Position numbers and translations under genes: made by a program | The notes under the pieces: model-generated | What the model saw: only the letters and a program-made list of their open reading frames with translations | Told to the model about the DNA's origin: nothing | Databases searched by the model: none | Shown here: piece by piece, positions 8,765 to 18,733 of the stretch | Position numbering within the stretch: position 1 is the first letter of the stretch | How the letters are laid out: every line of letters begins with the position of its first letter | Sequence record: LC727698.1 | Strand: one strand, 5' to 3' | Length of the DNA: 64,000 nt

Positions 8765-8974
8765 ATGATCGAACAACTGAAAGCCATGCTCGTAGCGCAA
8801 CGCATGCGCATGAACCAACTCGAAAAACTGCGCTACACCGGACGGGTCGCTGGCGAGTTGCATGCCCACGCCAGGGAATTGTGTGAAGCCTTGGAACTGG
8901 CAATTGCAAATGCCCAGTGCCTGGAAATGCGCAAGTGCGAAGAGGGCACCCTGCACGCCCTCTTCGCACAATAA
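8765..8974 (+). CDS. Hypothetical protein
   Basis: AAGGA RBS; host-like codon usage. Confidence 0.6.
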   Translation: MIEQLKAMLVAQRMRMNQLEKLRYTGRVAGELHAHARELCEALELAIANAQCLEMRKCEEGTLHALFAQ

Positions 8975-9007
8975 CCCACCGCGCACAACCCGACAAGGAA
9001 ACTAACC

Positions 9008-9499
9008 ATGAGCACTACCATCCCCGATTCGATTCATCCGAGTGATCTTCCTGAAATCGGGCTGCCATTAGCCGACGGAACCTTCTTTGCCCGCCATTGG
9101 CTCAATGGCAAGGAATACGCCTACGTCGATCTCGGCAAAAGCGCCGAGTTCACTGGAGAATGGGGCGAGTATGGGCAGGACGTGCTCGGCGCCGTTAGCT
9201 ATCGAGACGGAGCTTCGAATACGGTCGCCATGGCTGAAGCTGGCAGCCCGATTGCCAAGCAAGCTATGGAGATCGGAGAAGGCGTATTCATTCCCTCTGT
9301 TCTGGAACTGGCTCTTCTGTTCTCCGCCAAGCAAGCAGGCGAGTTGTCTGGTTTCGCAGATCGCTGGTATTGGTCGAGTTCGCAGGACTCCGCTAACGCC
9401 GCCTTCAACATGGACTTCGGCGACGGCTACACAAGCGGACACGTCAAGTACGTCGACTTCCGTGTCCGCCCCGTTCGCAAGATTCTCATCCTTCAGTAA
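9008..9499 (+). CDS. DUF1566 (Lcl C-terminal, C-type-lectin-like) domain protein
   Basis: PS..EL..L, WYWSSS and C-terminal VRPVR motifs; AAGGA RBS. Confidence 0.75.
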   Translation: MSTTIPDSIHPSDLPEIGLPLADGTFFARHWLNGKEYAYVDLGKSAEFTGEWGEYGQDVLGAVSYRDGASNTVAMAEAGSPIAKQAMEIGEGVFIPSVLELALLFSAKQAGELSGFADRWYWSSSQDSANAAFNMDFGDGYTSGHVKYVDFRVRPVRKILILQ

Positions 9500-9635
9500 T
9501 CTAGCCCCGGCGAGCAAACATTGCCCAGAAGGTGCTAGCTGAACGCCTGGCGGAACAATAAATAAAAGTTGACGTAGCCGAGCGAAGGGCGCATAATAAT
9601 TACAACGCAACACAACAAGCCCCGGAGGCGCAACC

Positions 9636-9836
9636 ATGACCCAGATCGTAGATGTCAAGCAAATTGCAATTGATGCAAACCGTCGCCCTGCCTACAATGC
9701 GGTCATGGTGCGCTGGTTGATGCAGGAAGCTGAATTGCACCGTAGCTGCGGTCGCACCGCTACCCTGTTCTGCATCGTTCGCAACCGCCCTGACGGCACA
9801 CAGCGCCAGCTTGTGCAGCTTGTGGCTAGCGAGTAA
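9636..9836 (+). CDS. Hypothetical protein
   Basis: Second copy of the TTGACG-N17-CATAAT promoter near 9569-9597; GGAGG RBS. Confidence 0.65.
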   Translation: MTQIVDVKQIAIDANRRPAYNAVMVRWLMQEAELHRSCGRTATLFCIVRNRPDGTQRQLVQLVASE

Positions 9837-9866
9837 CCTCTACAACCCTACGCCCAGGAGGCCGTC

Positions 9867-10031
9867 ATGAATGCTGCACTAGCCAGACTTCAAAACGAAC
9901 GTTGCATGTTACTTCGCCGGATGCTTTGCAGCAAATGGCACGGATTCTGTTTTGCAGGTCACCCTTGGGCAGAACAAGCCCGCAATCTGCACAACGAAGC
10001 CAAGTGCATCCGCGAACATCACAGTAAGTAA
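9867..10031 (+). CDS. 54-aa hypothetical protein
   Basis: AGGAGG RBS; MNAALARLQNERCMLLRRMLC...HHSK; below the ORF-track length cut-off. Confidence 0.55.
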   Translation: MNAALARLQNERCMLLRRMLCSKWHGFCFAGHPWAEQARNLHNEAKCIREHHSK

Positions 10032-10171
10032 TCCAATCCCACTGGATCTTACTGAGGATAAGATAATGACCTACGCAGAACTAATAAAGAAACTACATAA
10101 CATAGAAGCTGGTCATTATCTTTCCAATAATGAAGTTAAGTTTCAAAACACAGGCAAGCAGGAGAACTAAA

Positions 10172-10468
10172 ATGAATTGCGAACATTTTTTCCTCAGTGC
10201 AGTAAAAGAACTTCTGTCCCTGTATCACATTAAGAGTACTATTCAACCGTCTTCTGATAACCTCGAAGAATTGGTAGTAGTTATTACTGATACTGCTTTT
10301 GGTACTATCAGATATGTTGGCAATAACACCGGATCAGTTATGTGTTATACGATGGGTGGTAATTACCCGTTCTATGACACTGAGTGTTATTCCAACCGAA
10401 CTATGATAGATTGTGTTATGTTGATATCAGTTTGGTATTCAATGTTTCCGGCATTTGATAATAAGTAA
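10172..10468 (+). CDS. Hypothetical protein
   Basis: CAGGAG RBS before ATG 10172; preceded by a 34-aa ORF at 10066..10170. Confidence 0.6.
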   Translation: MNCEHFFLSAVKELLSLYHIKSTIQPSSDNLEELVVVITDTAFGTIRYVGNNTGSVMCYTMGGNYPFYDTECYSNRTMIDCVMLISVWYSMFPAFDNK

Positions 10469-10724
10469 TATAATGGTTGCTCTATATAGTGTATGATGTT
10501 AGTTGTATACTATATAGAACAATTCTATTAACTGGGAGGGATTAATAAAAATATTTTCTTGACAATAGTAGGTATAGGATAATTCTATTATACTGAAAAT
10601 TGTTATAGAAAAATATAGTTGACAAATTTTGAAAGTGATGAATTCCGACACCGGGTGGCTGTAAGCTGAGACGGTTGACATTCGGTGAGTGGTGGATTGT
10701 TACGCGGGTAGATTTTGAAATTCA

Positions 10725-10803
10725 CCGTCTATAGGTTCACTTATGAGTCATTTCCGTCTATAGGTTCACTTATGAGTCATTTCCGTCTATAGGTTCACTT
10801 ATA
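10725..10803. repeat. 29-bp tandem repeat, about 2.7 copies
   Basis: CCGTCTATAGGTTCACTTATGAGTCATTT at 10725, 10754 and 10783 (partial). Confidence 0.95.
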
Positions 10804-11069
10804 ACACATATAAGTTACTTCCATTCGCTCATAAGTAACGTTCGATTATAAGTATCTTTTGCTTATATGTTCACTCATAGGTTATGATAAATCACATTCA
10901 ATACTGTTACTACACACATTCACACCTATAAGCCATTTCACTGTATTGTACTGTACTGTACCGTATCATATACTTCATACAATTCTCTTCTTTATCATGC
11001 TGCTAGTAAACAATCTATGTTATTATGCGTAGAAATGTTGTATAGTGTATTATAGTAAGTATAGTATGA

Positions 11070-12461
11070 TTGCTATACAATATTCCTAATCTCATATTGT
11101 TGTTTAACTTTCCAAATCTGTCTCGGCTGTTCTACTTTATGTCTCATAGTTACGTATTTTCTTTATCTAGGCGTATACGTAATAAACAAAGTAACTTTAT
11201 AAAAAATTACTATAACTCATTAAAATGGGTATACGGTGAAAGAAACATTTATAGATATATTACACGATACTCATTATGTAGAGCACTATATAGAGGCTAT
11301 TAAATAAAAATGAGTGGTATAATAAAAACATCTGTGTATTATAACAATATTAATATATCTTCTTATGTTACAATCATTAAACTAGCTACAACATATAGGT
11401 TAAAAGAATTTTCACACGTTGGAAATTTAAATATATCTTTAATACGCAATAAAACTTATGTTACATTAAGTGCAAGTAAATATGGTATAAAAATTAATGT
11501 TAATATTAGAAATATCTAGTAGAATAAGGGTTATACGATATCATACATTCCTTAATGCTAAATATACACTTTTTAGTAGTATACCGAATTTAAGCATGTA
11601 TAAAATAGGCATTGATGTTGATGATAACGTTATATCTATAATAGTTTACCAAACATATGAATAAAATATTTTTAATTTCTAACAATATTACTTTAATGAA
11701 GTATAACATACTTTACTATTATTATTCTGCTATTGCAGTTAATACACATAAATTCTGGAAGGATAGAAGCTACGATATTGAAATAACATTTACAGGAGGC
11801 AATGCAATTATTCTGGAGTTGTTATTTCTAAATTGTAGAATAAAGGTTAGGAAACAATATGACTACGAATAAGATGATACACTGCTCGCGTATTGTAGGG
11901 ATGAACAGAATACGAAAATACATTGTTGTATTTTATAGATGTAAGTTTAAAAGTTTATATATACAGCTTAATAACGAGCTTGGCTATTATGGAAGTTTAA
12001 GTTTAATGTATAGAGACTTTGATTCAGATATACTTTTTCGTATAATTCGATAATTATGAATATATTTAAAATTAGTGTTTTATCTTATGAAACAATGCAA
12101 TTAGATACATTGCTTCGATATATTACAATACCCCAACATGTACCTATAAAGACTGTTTCTATAGTATATTTAAATGATTCAAAATTTGAAGTATACATTA
12201 TCTTTGATAATATGAATTATATAATACTCACACATGAATAGTATTTTATTAAGATCTAGAATTCTATCATACGAAACTATAAATTCTTTTTTTAATATAC
12301 TCTCGGCTATCAGTAGTAAGCGTAATCATACCTGGTCTGCTGTACGCAGCGTATCGTGCGAGTGTTTCAGAGACAATAATTACACACGGGTAAATTTCTC
12401 TGTCGAAACCTTTGCAGATAATACATTTATTTTAGCCAAATATAGAAGTAACAAAGCATAA
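11070..12461 (+). CDS. Array 1 of tandem 55-77 aa micro-ORFs (11070, 11310, 11497, 11657, 11859, 12056, 12234)
   Basis: Co-oriented, abutting or overlapping ORFs; includes untracked 11497..11664 (55 aa). Confidence 0.5.
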
Positions 12462-12783
12462 CTCTATATTAAATATACACTAGGGTGAAGGGTGAATAGT
12501 ATAAGATTGAAACTTGTATATAAGAAAGTGGATCATACATGATAAAATGAATAAACATGTAGGAATGGGTTATATATGTGAAATGGATGTGTGATTGTGT
12601 TGTGGCGAAGTGAAATGAAGTGGATGAAGTGATAGTATAGCATGGAGTGGATTATCTACTAGCACAATTGATTTAAAAAAATGCGTGCTAGCTCCACCAT
12701 TCTAAAAAAAAATAAAATCTTGATATGCAAATGTATGCAGTTTTGCTATAATATTATTATATCTAATATAACGGAATTTTAAA

Positions 12784-13158
12784 ATGATATTTGTTTTTGG
12801 TAGTAATGAAGCGGGTCGACATGGCGCTGGTGCAGCAAAATTTGCACTACAGCGTAAAGGTGCAATCTACGGTATTGGTGTAGGTCATCATGGACAAAGT
12901 TATGCAATTCCTACTAAAGATCATAACATAATTACACTACCGTATGCTGATATAGAAAAATATGTTAGGCAGTTTTTAGAATATGCGAAAAATAATCCAC
13001 AATTGCAATTTCAGGTAACCCGAATTGGTTGTGGTTTAGCAGGTTTTACTGATAACGAAATAGCTCCGCTGTTTGTTACTGCATCGGATAATTGCTATTT
13101 CGATAGCGCCTGGTCGCCTTATCTTCCTAGCAATTTTAAATTTTGGGGAAGTATATGA
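12784..13158 (+). CDS. Macrodomain-like phage protein (IFVFGSN...GxHGxGAA family)
   Basis: IFVFGSNEAGRHGAGAA and TRIGCGLAG motifs; extended -10 TGcTATAAT at 12744-12752. Confidence 0.7.
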   Translation: MIFVFGSNEAGRHGAGAAKFALQRKGAIYGIGVGHHGQSYAIPTKDHNIITLPYADIEKYVRQFLEYAKNNPQLQFQVTRIGCGLAGFTDNEIAPLFVTASDNCYFDSAWSPYLPSNFKFWGSI

Positions 13159-15080
13159 ATATAATAGAGAGAATACAAGACTATAATAGTGTTTTTGATA
13201 GAATATCAGTCTTATATTTATTGCAATTAATATCAGGACCTGAAAAGTTAAATAACTTTGATTTTATCAATATAAAGATAGTAACATATAAAACTAGTGT
13301 AACTAGTAAACCTAGTGCAACACTAGAATATAGAACATGCAGTTTTCCTATAAAAATAGGATTAGTATAGTGAATAAACAAGCAGAATATATTCACGCAT
13401 ACATCAAGGTATTAAGCGTCTGTTCTATTAATAAAATAATTAATAAGCGAGTGAAACATTTTAGTATATACATAACAGAAGTTATTCATGATTTTGATGG
13501 AAAATATTTAATTGTGAGAGCTAAATTTTATATTGTAGGTATTTACGGTTGTTATAGCAAGCCGGTTATATACAGATGCATATAGATATATTAGATTATT
13601 CAGCACGTTTCGGCAGAAGGTCTAATGCCGTATCTATGTTAATTTACCTTGCGTTTTTAACGGTTAATAGTAAACATATAAAAATAAAAATAGATAAATC
13701 GTCTAGGGTTTTCTTTTCTATAATAGAAAACAACAATTTAAGATATAGTATAGGTATAGTATGTCAATAAAGGATATACTAATTTTATCTAATTTCTTTA
13801 ATAAAGAAAAGTCAAATGCATCTATTTGTCTTATGCTAACAGTAACTTCAAATCTTGCTCCTTTAAAAATGCCGCTCGAAAACATAAAACTTCTAAATAT
13901 AAATATACATTTTTCCAAAGCTACATCAAACCACATAAAATATGAGTTTACTTTTGTAACAGACAACACCGTACTTAACAACTTAAATGGATATGCAGTG
14001 TATATAAGACATGATTAAACATTTCGACAGTGTTACTAATATCCTATTTTTATCCCATTATATTATTGTAAATGATAAACTTATATCTGCATTTGTAAAA
14101 TTTTACAATACGGATAAAAATAAAGATGTTAAACCGCATTTTATTATAGTTACAGACTATTATAATAGAATATCGAAAAATATATTTTTCGTAGTAGACG
14201 ATGCGTATTATGTAACTAGGTATAACGAATGAATTATCATACCAAACTCTTTACATTAGTTAATGCATTTTCTATATCACATGCCATGCACTGCAATATA
14301 TGTAATGCACATTTAGCTAACATAACGTTTTTATTTTATGTTAAGGATGCATATTGCGTCGATTTGCATCACGTTAAGTTAACAACAAAAAAATTGTTTA
14401 ATAAAGATGAAATTTATATGTTTACTAATGTAAATTCTTTAAAAATATGTGAAATACGTTGTGTATAATTTTTTATATTATAATAAAAAGATTATAGTTT
14501 TATAGCATGATTAAGAATCATCTAAATTTATGTTCAATGTATATACGAATGCCTAATAATCTTACTTATTAACGTACTATTCAGCATTATAGGATTTTAT
14601 AATTGATATGTATATAATAGACCTGCAATATTTTTATTCCTACAAATCTATAATAAAATCTATAATATATATTAACGCACATTCCATTAATGTACGTTTT
14701 TCATTAATAAAATACCACTACGCATGGCTAGTATATACTAGTCACGGTCATACATTATTCAACAAATTAATAACAGATAATATTGCTAAGTAATCGTTTC
14801 ATATTTGCTTATAAACACAATGTTTACATAATTGTATTACATAGTGTATTATTAAGTATTGTTGCAAGGATCGCAACAACGGAGATAACAAGGAATGTTA
14901 ACAATTTCATCAGTAGAATTGGCATATGTAAATACTACATGCCTTTTTAGGGCATCTATGTTGCTAAGGGAAATGCCAGGTAGTAATATAAGAGTTTATC
15001 TAGGTAAAAAAGTACAAACGATGGTAATGTTGTCACGTACATTACCTGTTAAAATTGGATATATTCCGCAGAAGGGTTAA
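13155..15080 (+). CDS. Array 2 of tandem 61-85 aa micro-ORFs (13155, 13370, 13576, 13761, 14011, 14229, 14608, 14895)
   Basis: ATGA-type and short start/stop overlaps; Ile/Tyr/Asn/Lys-rich. Confidence 0.5.
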
Positions 15081-15083
15081 GAA

Positions 15084-16061
15084 ATGACTATAGTATATGC
15101 ACATGAAATAAAAAATGATGTTTTTGTAGTTAGAACTAGTGCATATCTGTTTAACAATAATACAGTAATCCCTAGGCAAAATAACGGAAAACCTATTATT
15201 TCTGTCGATTTTGCTATACATGACGGAATAAAAGAATATGCAGTAAAAAGTAATGGTTTGATAGAATTTTATGCATCTAAAGACGACATAGAAACTAAAC
15301 AGTACACAATAATAACATATATTCATTATGTTTCTCATTATATTCATTCTGTAGATAATACCATATTGTCTGTTCAAGATTATGACACATTTAAAATATG
15401 TAATGAAATAGATAAAGGATATTTAAATCTTTATTCCGAGTGCTATGCTAAGACAAAATACAAAGAAGATACAATCCAAATTGTCATACAAAATAAGCTC
15501 GAAAGTATCGAAGATGAAATGCTAAGAAAGCATGCAATGCCTGTATTTTTGCCAGATCCGCACAACGTAAGTTCTGGAAAATCAGTGTATTCTATAAATT
15601 TAGAAAATGTAATTATAGATTACATTGAAACTAATGTTAATTCTGTAGTTAAAAATAAACTTGAACAAAAAATAAAAAATCCTTCTGAACCGTATTTTTA
15701 TAAATCGAAAATTCTTAGAAATCAATATTATATAGAAAAAACAAACAATTCTATTGCACTAAGTATAGGGCAATCACTACACAATACACTCTATACTAGA
15801 GATACATTTGTTGGGTCTATAGAAAGTATTAACATATCGTTAAAACATGCTATGAAACAACTAAAACTGATGTGCGATCTTTATATATCGTTAAATGATA
15901 CATCAAATACCGATATGACCTTTTTAGTTAGCCATCTTGACTCACTAGCTAGAATAGTACGACAGATAGATTTTAAAATAAAAGATAAAGACAAAAGAAC
16001 CTTATTAACTGATTCGATTGATAAAATAAAAGAAAGTATAATAAAAAGAAAAGAAGATTAA
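15084..16061 (+). CDS. Hypothetical protein
   Basis: 325-aa ORF ending in a bidirectional terminator at 16045-16077. Confidence 0.75.
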   Translation: MTIVYAHEIKNDVFVVRTSAYLFNNNTVIPRQNNGKPIISVDFAIHDGIKEYAVKSNGLIEFYASKDDIETKQYTIITYIHYVSHYIHSVDNTILSVQDYDTFKICNEIDKGYLNLYSECYAKTKYKEDTIQIVIQNKLESIEDEMLRKHAMPVFLPDPHNVSSGKSVYSINLENVIIDYIETNVNSVVKNKLEQKIKNPSEPYFYKSKILRNQYYIEKTNNSIALSIGQSLHNTLYTRDTFVGSIESINISLKHAMKQLKLMCDLYISLNDTSNTDMTFLVSHLDSLARIVRQIDFKIKDKDKRTLLTDSIDKIKESIIKRKED

Positions 16062-16074
16062 ATCTTCTTTTCTT

Positions 16075-17295
16075 TTATATTATTAAAATTGTTTTTGTAT
16101 AAGTATACGTATTATTGTCGTATGTAGTTACTCGCCATGTTATGTCTTGTGTCTGTCCCACTGTACCGGAATTTGACGAAAAAGTCCATGTTCTGTTAAC
16201 TACAACAGGATCGTTAGGTCTTACATAATTAACAGAGCCCTTTGAATTTGTTCTAGTTGTATTAGATCCTACAGGCAGAGGGTATGCAACTCCGTCAAAT
16301 ACTATTTCTTCAGATACGATTGCTTGATAGCCGAATGTAAATATTGCAGATCCGGTTACACTAGCACCCTGCTGTACTTGGTTAGGACCGGAAATGTTCA
16401 TAGTAGGAACTATTGCTGCACTATTTGTTAAATTATATAACAGTGCATAAGTAGGCGATATAACAGGATATATTGCACTAGAAATATGTTCTATTACTGT
16501 AAATTGCAAATTTCCTTGAACTATAGTTTGTGTGTCAAATTCCGTAAATATTACATAAAATGATATAACAGATGGACTGTTTAACTTTGCTTGAACAGAC
16601 ATTTGGACGTTGTCTATTTTAAGTATAAAAACTGTTTGATATGTATTATTTAATTCATAGAACGTTTTAGTACATGGTTTGCTGTTAGTTGGTACGCTCG
16701 GTGCAGATATTCCAAAAAATACAACAGAGTTTATATTTTCTAAAAGCTCCTTCATCTTTGTAGAAATAGTAGTGCTCGGCGAGGTCAACTGAGGCGTTAT
16801 TCTTATTGCGCCGCCTGTATTGAAAAATTGTCTTGCATGATTATTATCATTAAATGTGACAGTAAACTCAGAATATACAGATTGATCCCACGGAGCACTC
16901 GTTGGTCTACTAGATGTTAGTTTAGTAGTATAAGTCGGATTTGCTAATTTACCTCTATTAGTTTCTAATAAAGATAATGCATCGCCTAACGGTAATAGTG
17001 TACCGGGCGGTTGCATTACATCATAGTTATATGCAGCAATTGTATTATTTGAAGATACAATTGCTGGCCAGGCTGCGCCTAGTAACGATGTGCCTTGATG
17101 TAATGCAATAGTTTGCATAGTAGAAAACAGTGTATTCCAGTTAGATGCACTGATTATATTTCCTATAGCAACTTGTTGTACAGGAACAGTCTGTCCGTAT
17201 CCGTAACTACCTGTTCCTGTACCTAAAATATTTTGTATTTTAGAAGAAAATAGATTATAATCAGCAGCCTGTATTACCTGATTTCTTGCGTACAT
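16075..17295 (-). CDS. Virion structural protein (tail/baseplate-associated)
   Basis: I.A.DYN...GTG.GSYGYGQ N-terminus typical of jumbo-phage structural proteins; last gene of the tail operon. Confidence 0.6.
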   Translation of the reverse strand: MYARNQVIQAADYNLFSSKIQNILGTGTGSYGYGQTVPVQQVAIGNIISASNWNTLFSTMQTIALHQGTSLLGAAWPAIVSSNNTIAAYNYDVMQPPGTLLPLGDALSLLETNRGKLANPTYTTKLTSSRPTSAPWDQSVYSEFTVTFNDNNHARQFFNTGGAIRITPQLTSPSTTISTKMKELLENINSVVFFGISAPSVPTNSKPCTKTFYELNNTYQTVFILKIDNVQMSVQAKLNSPSVISFYVIFTEFDTQTIVQGNLQFTVIEHISSAIYPVISPTYALLYNLTNSAAIVPTMNISGPNQVQQGASVTGSAIFTFGYQAIVSEEIVFDGVAYPLPVGSNTTRTNSKGSVNYVRPNDPVVVNRTWTFSSNSGTVGQTQDITWRVTTYDNNTYTYTKTILII

Positions 17296-18731
17296 TATTT
17301 AGAGCCTATTGCACATAAAACTAATTCTACATCCGATGTTGATTTAGAACTAATAGCACGTCCTATAATACTATATACACCCATAGGACCTAACTGTTGC
17401 AATTCTGACATTGTTATTCTGCGGGCAACACCAGGAACATCACTTGCAACTAATCTATCGCCCTTAGATATGGGTCCTATTACTTTCACGGGTACTCTTC
17501 CTGCTAATGCGACAAACGGATGAGTGTCATCCGTCCCTGCGTCGGCATTCATCATTATGCCTGCACTTGTACTTATTACACCGAATACTTCTGTATCTGC
17601 ATCGAGTGTTGTCATTGTTATTTCTTTAGAACCACCCAATTTAACTACAGTTCCTGTATCTAATTCTCCATCAGCTTCATATCTTTCTGCAAGATCTGCA
17701 TATTTACTTGATGTAGACGTACCTATTAAATTAGTTCCATAAATATTTTGGAAAGGACTGGTTTGACTTCCTATAGAAGAAGTAGTTGTTCTAGCATTTA
17801 TTTTAGATGTTGTTATTTCGTTTATGTATGATAGGCCAAATGCATTATTAACATCGCCCATTGTGGTAGTATCAGGTACACCAGGAATTATCTTATCTCT
17901 TGCATATAATTCCATACCGTATATTTTAGAATATCTATTTGTATCTGAACCTAAAGTAAACGCATTAGTTGTGCTAGGTATTAAGTTAGTAATAACACCA
18001 TAACCTGGCTGCCCGGATCCGACCGATAAACTATTAGCATACATCCCGCTTGCATATATACCTGCAATTCTACTCGAAGCACTACCTAGAGTATCAGTTG
18101 TGTTTTTCATCCCAACTGCTGTGTCACTAAGAGGTATAAAACCTAAAGTAATATTACCGTTTGATCTAGAAAATACAATTTCTTGTGTTGCAAGAAATCT
18201 TCTTGCATATATATCTGCAAATGTTAAACTTGCCGAACCTATAGAATATTGAGAATTTGTACTAGGTAGTACATTACCGCCTATAGTAGTAGCACCTAAT
18301 TGAGTTGTTCCTGCAACTAAATTAGTTGTATTAACTGTACTGAAATAACCGACTCTGAATCTATTTGCGGCAGCGCCTAAATCTACGGTATTTGTTGCAG
18401 GAATTATTGTAGAATCTACTGTACTTATTAATGATTTCCACGATGCATGATTTGGGTTTGCACTAGTGTTGTCTGTAGAATTGACAGGATCGTTTCCTAT
18501 CCACACTTTCATTACATTAGTTCTAGTATCAAACCAAAGTTGCCCTTTTATTGCACCCCGAGGAGATGTATTATTTGCAAAGTTTTCTAATGTTCTTATT
18601 GTAGACTGTGCTAAAGATTGTCCATATGCAGGTGTTATTCTACCGACTAAGCTAGTAGAATATACGTTAGATATAGTACCATCAGGTATTGCTATTATAT
18701 TTCCGTTTGACTTTGTAATTGTATATGACAT
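17295..18731 (-). CDS. Tail fibre/spike with C-terminal autoproteolytic chaperone-like (peptidase G2-like) domain
   Basis: Repeated LGS....F..IY units; KYADLAERY...GVIST...VALAGRVPVKV..GD.LV tail. Confidence 0.7.
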   Translation of the reverse strand: MSYTITKSNGNIIAIPDGTISNVYSTSLVGRITPAYGQSLAQSTIRTLENFANNTSPRGAIKGQLWFDTRTNVMKVWIGNDPVNSTDNTSANPNHASWKSLISTVDSTIIPATNTVDLGAAANRFRVGYFSTVNTTNLVAGTTQLGATTIGGNVLPSTNSQYSIGSASLTFADIYARRFLATQEIVFSRSNGNITLGFIPLSDTAVGMKNTTDTLGSASSRIAGIYASGMYANSLSVGSGQPGYGVITNLIPSTTNAFTLGSDTNRYSKIYGMELYARDKIIPGVPDTTTMGDVNNAFGLSYINEITTSKINARTTTSSIGSQTSPFQNIYGTNLIGTSTSSKYADLAERYEADGELDTGTVVKLGGSKEITMTTLDADTEVFGVISTSAGIMMNADAGTDDTHPFVALAGRVPVKVIGPISKGDRLVASDVPGVARRITMSELQQLGPMGVYSIIGRAISSKSTSDVELVLCAIGSK

Positions 18732-18733
18732 TA

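Noticed and set aside
9008-9499. Complete diversity-generating retroelement
   Set aside because: No reverse transcriptase, avd gene or template repeat is visible in the window.
5820-9658. Long antisense or alternate-frame ORFs over GC-rich genes (5820-6278, 6038-6403, 9068-9658, 9087-9542)
   Set aside because: Expected from stop-codon scarcity in GC-rich coding DNA.
10725-10803. CRISPR array
   Set aside because: The 29-bp units are directly adjacent with no spacers, and no cas genes are present.
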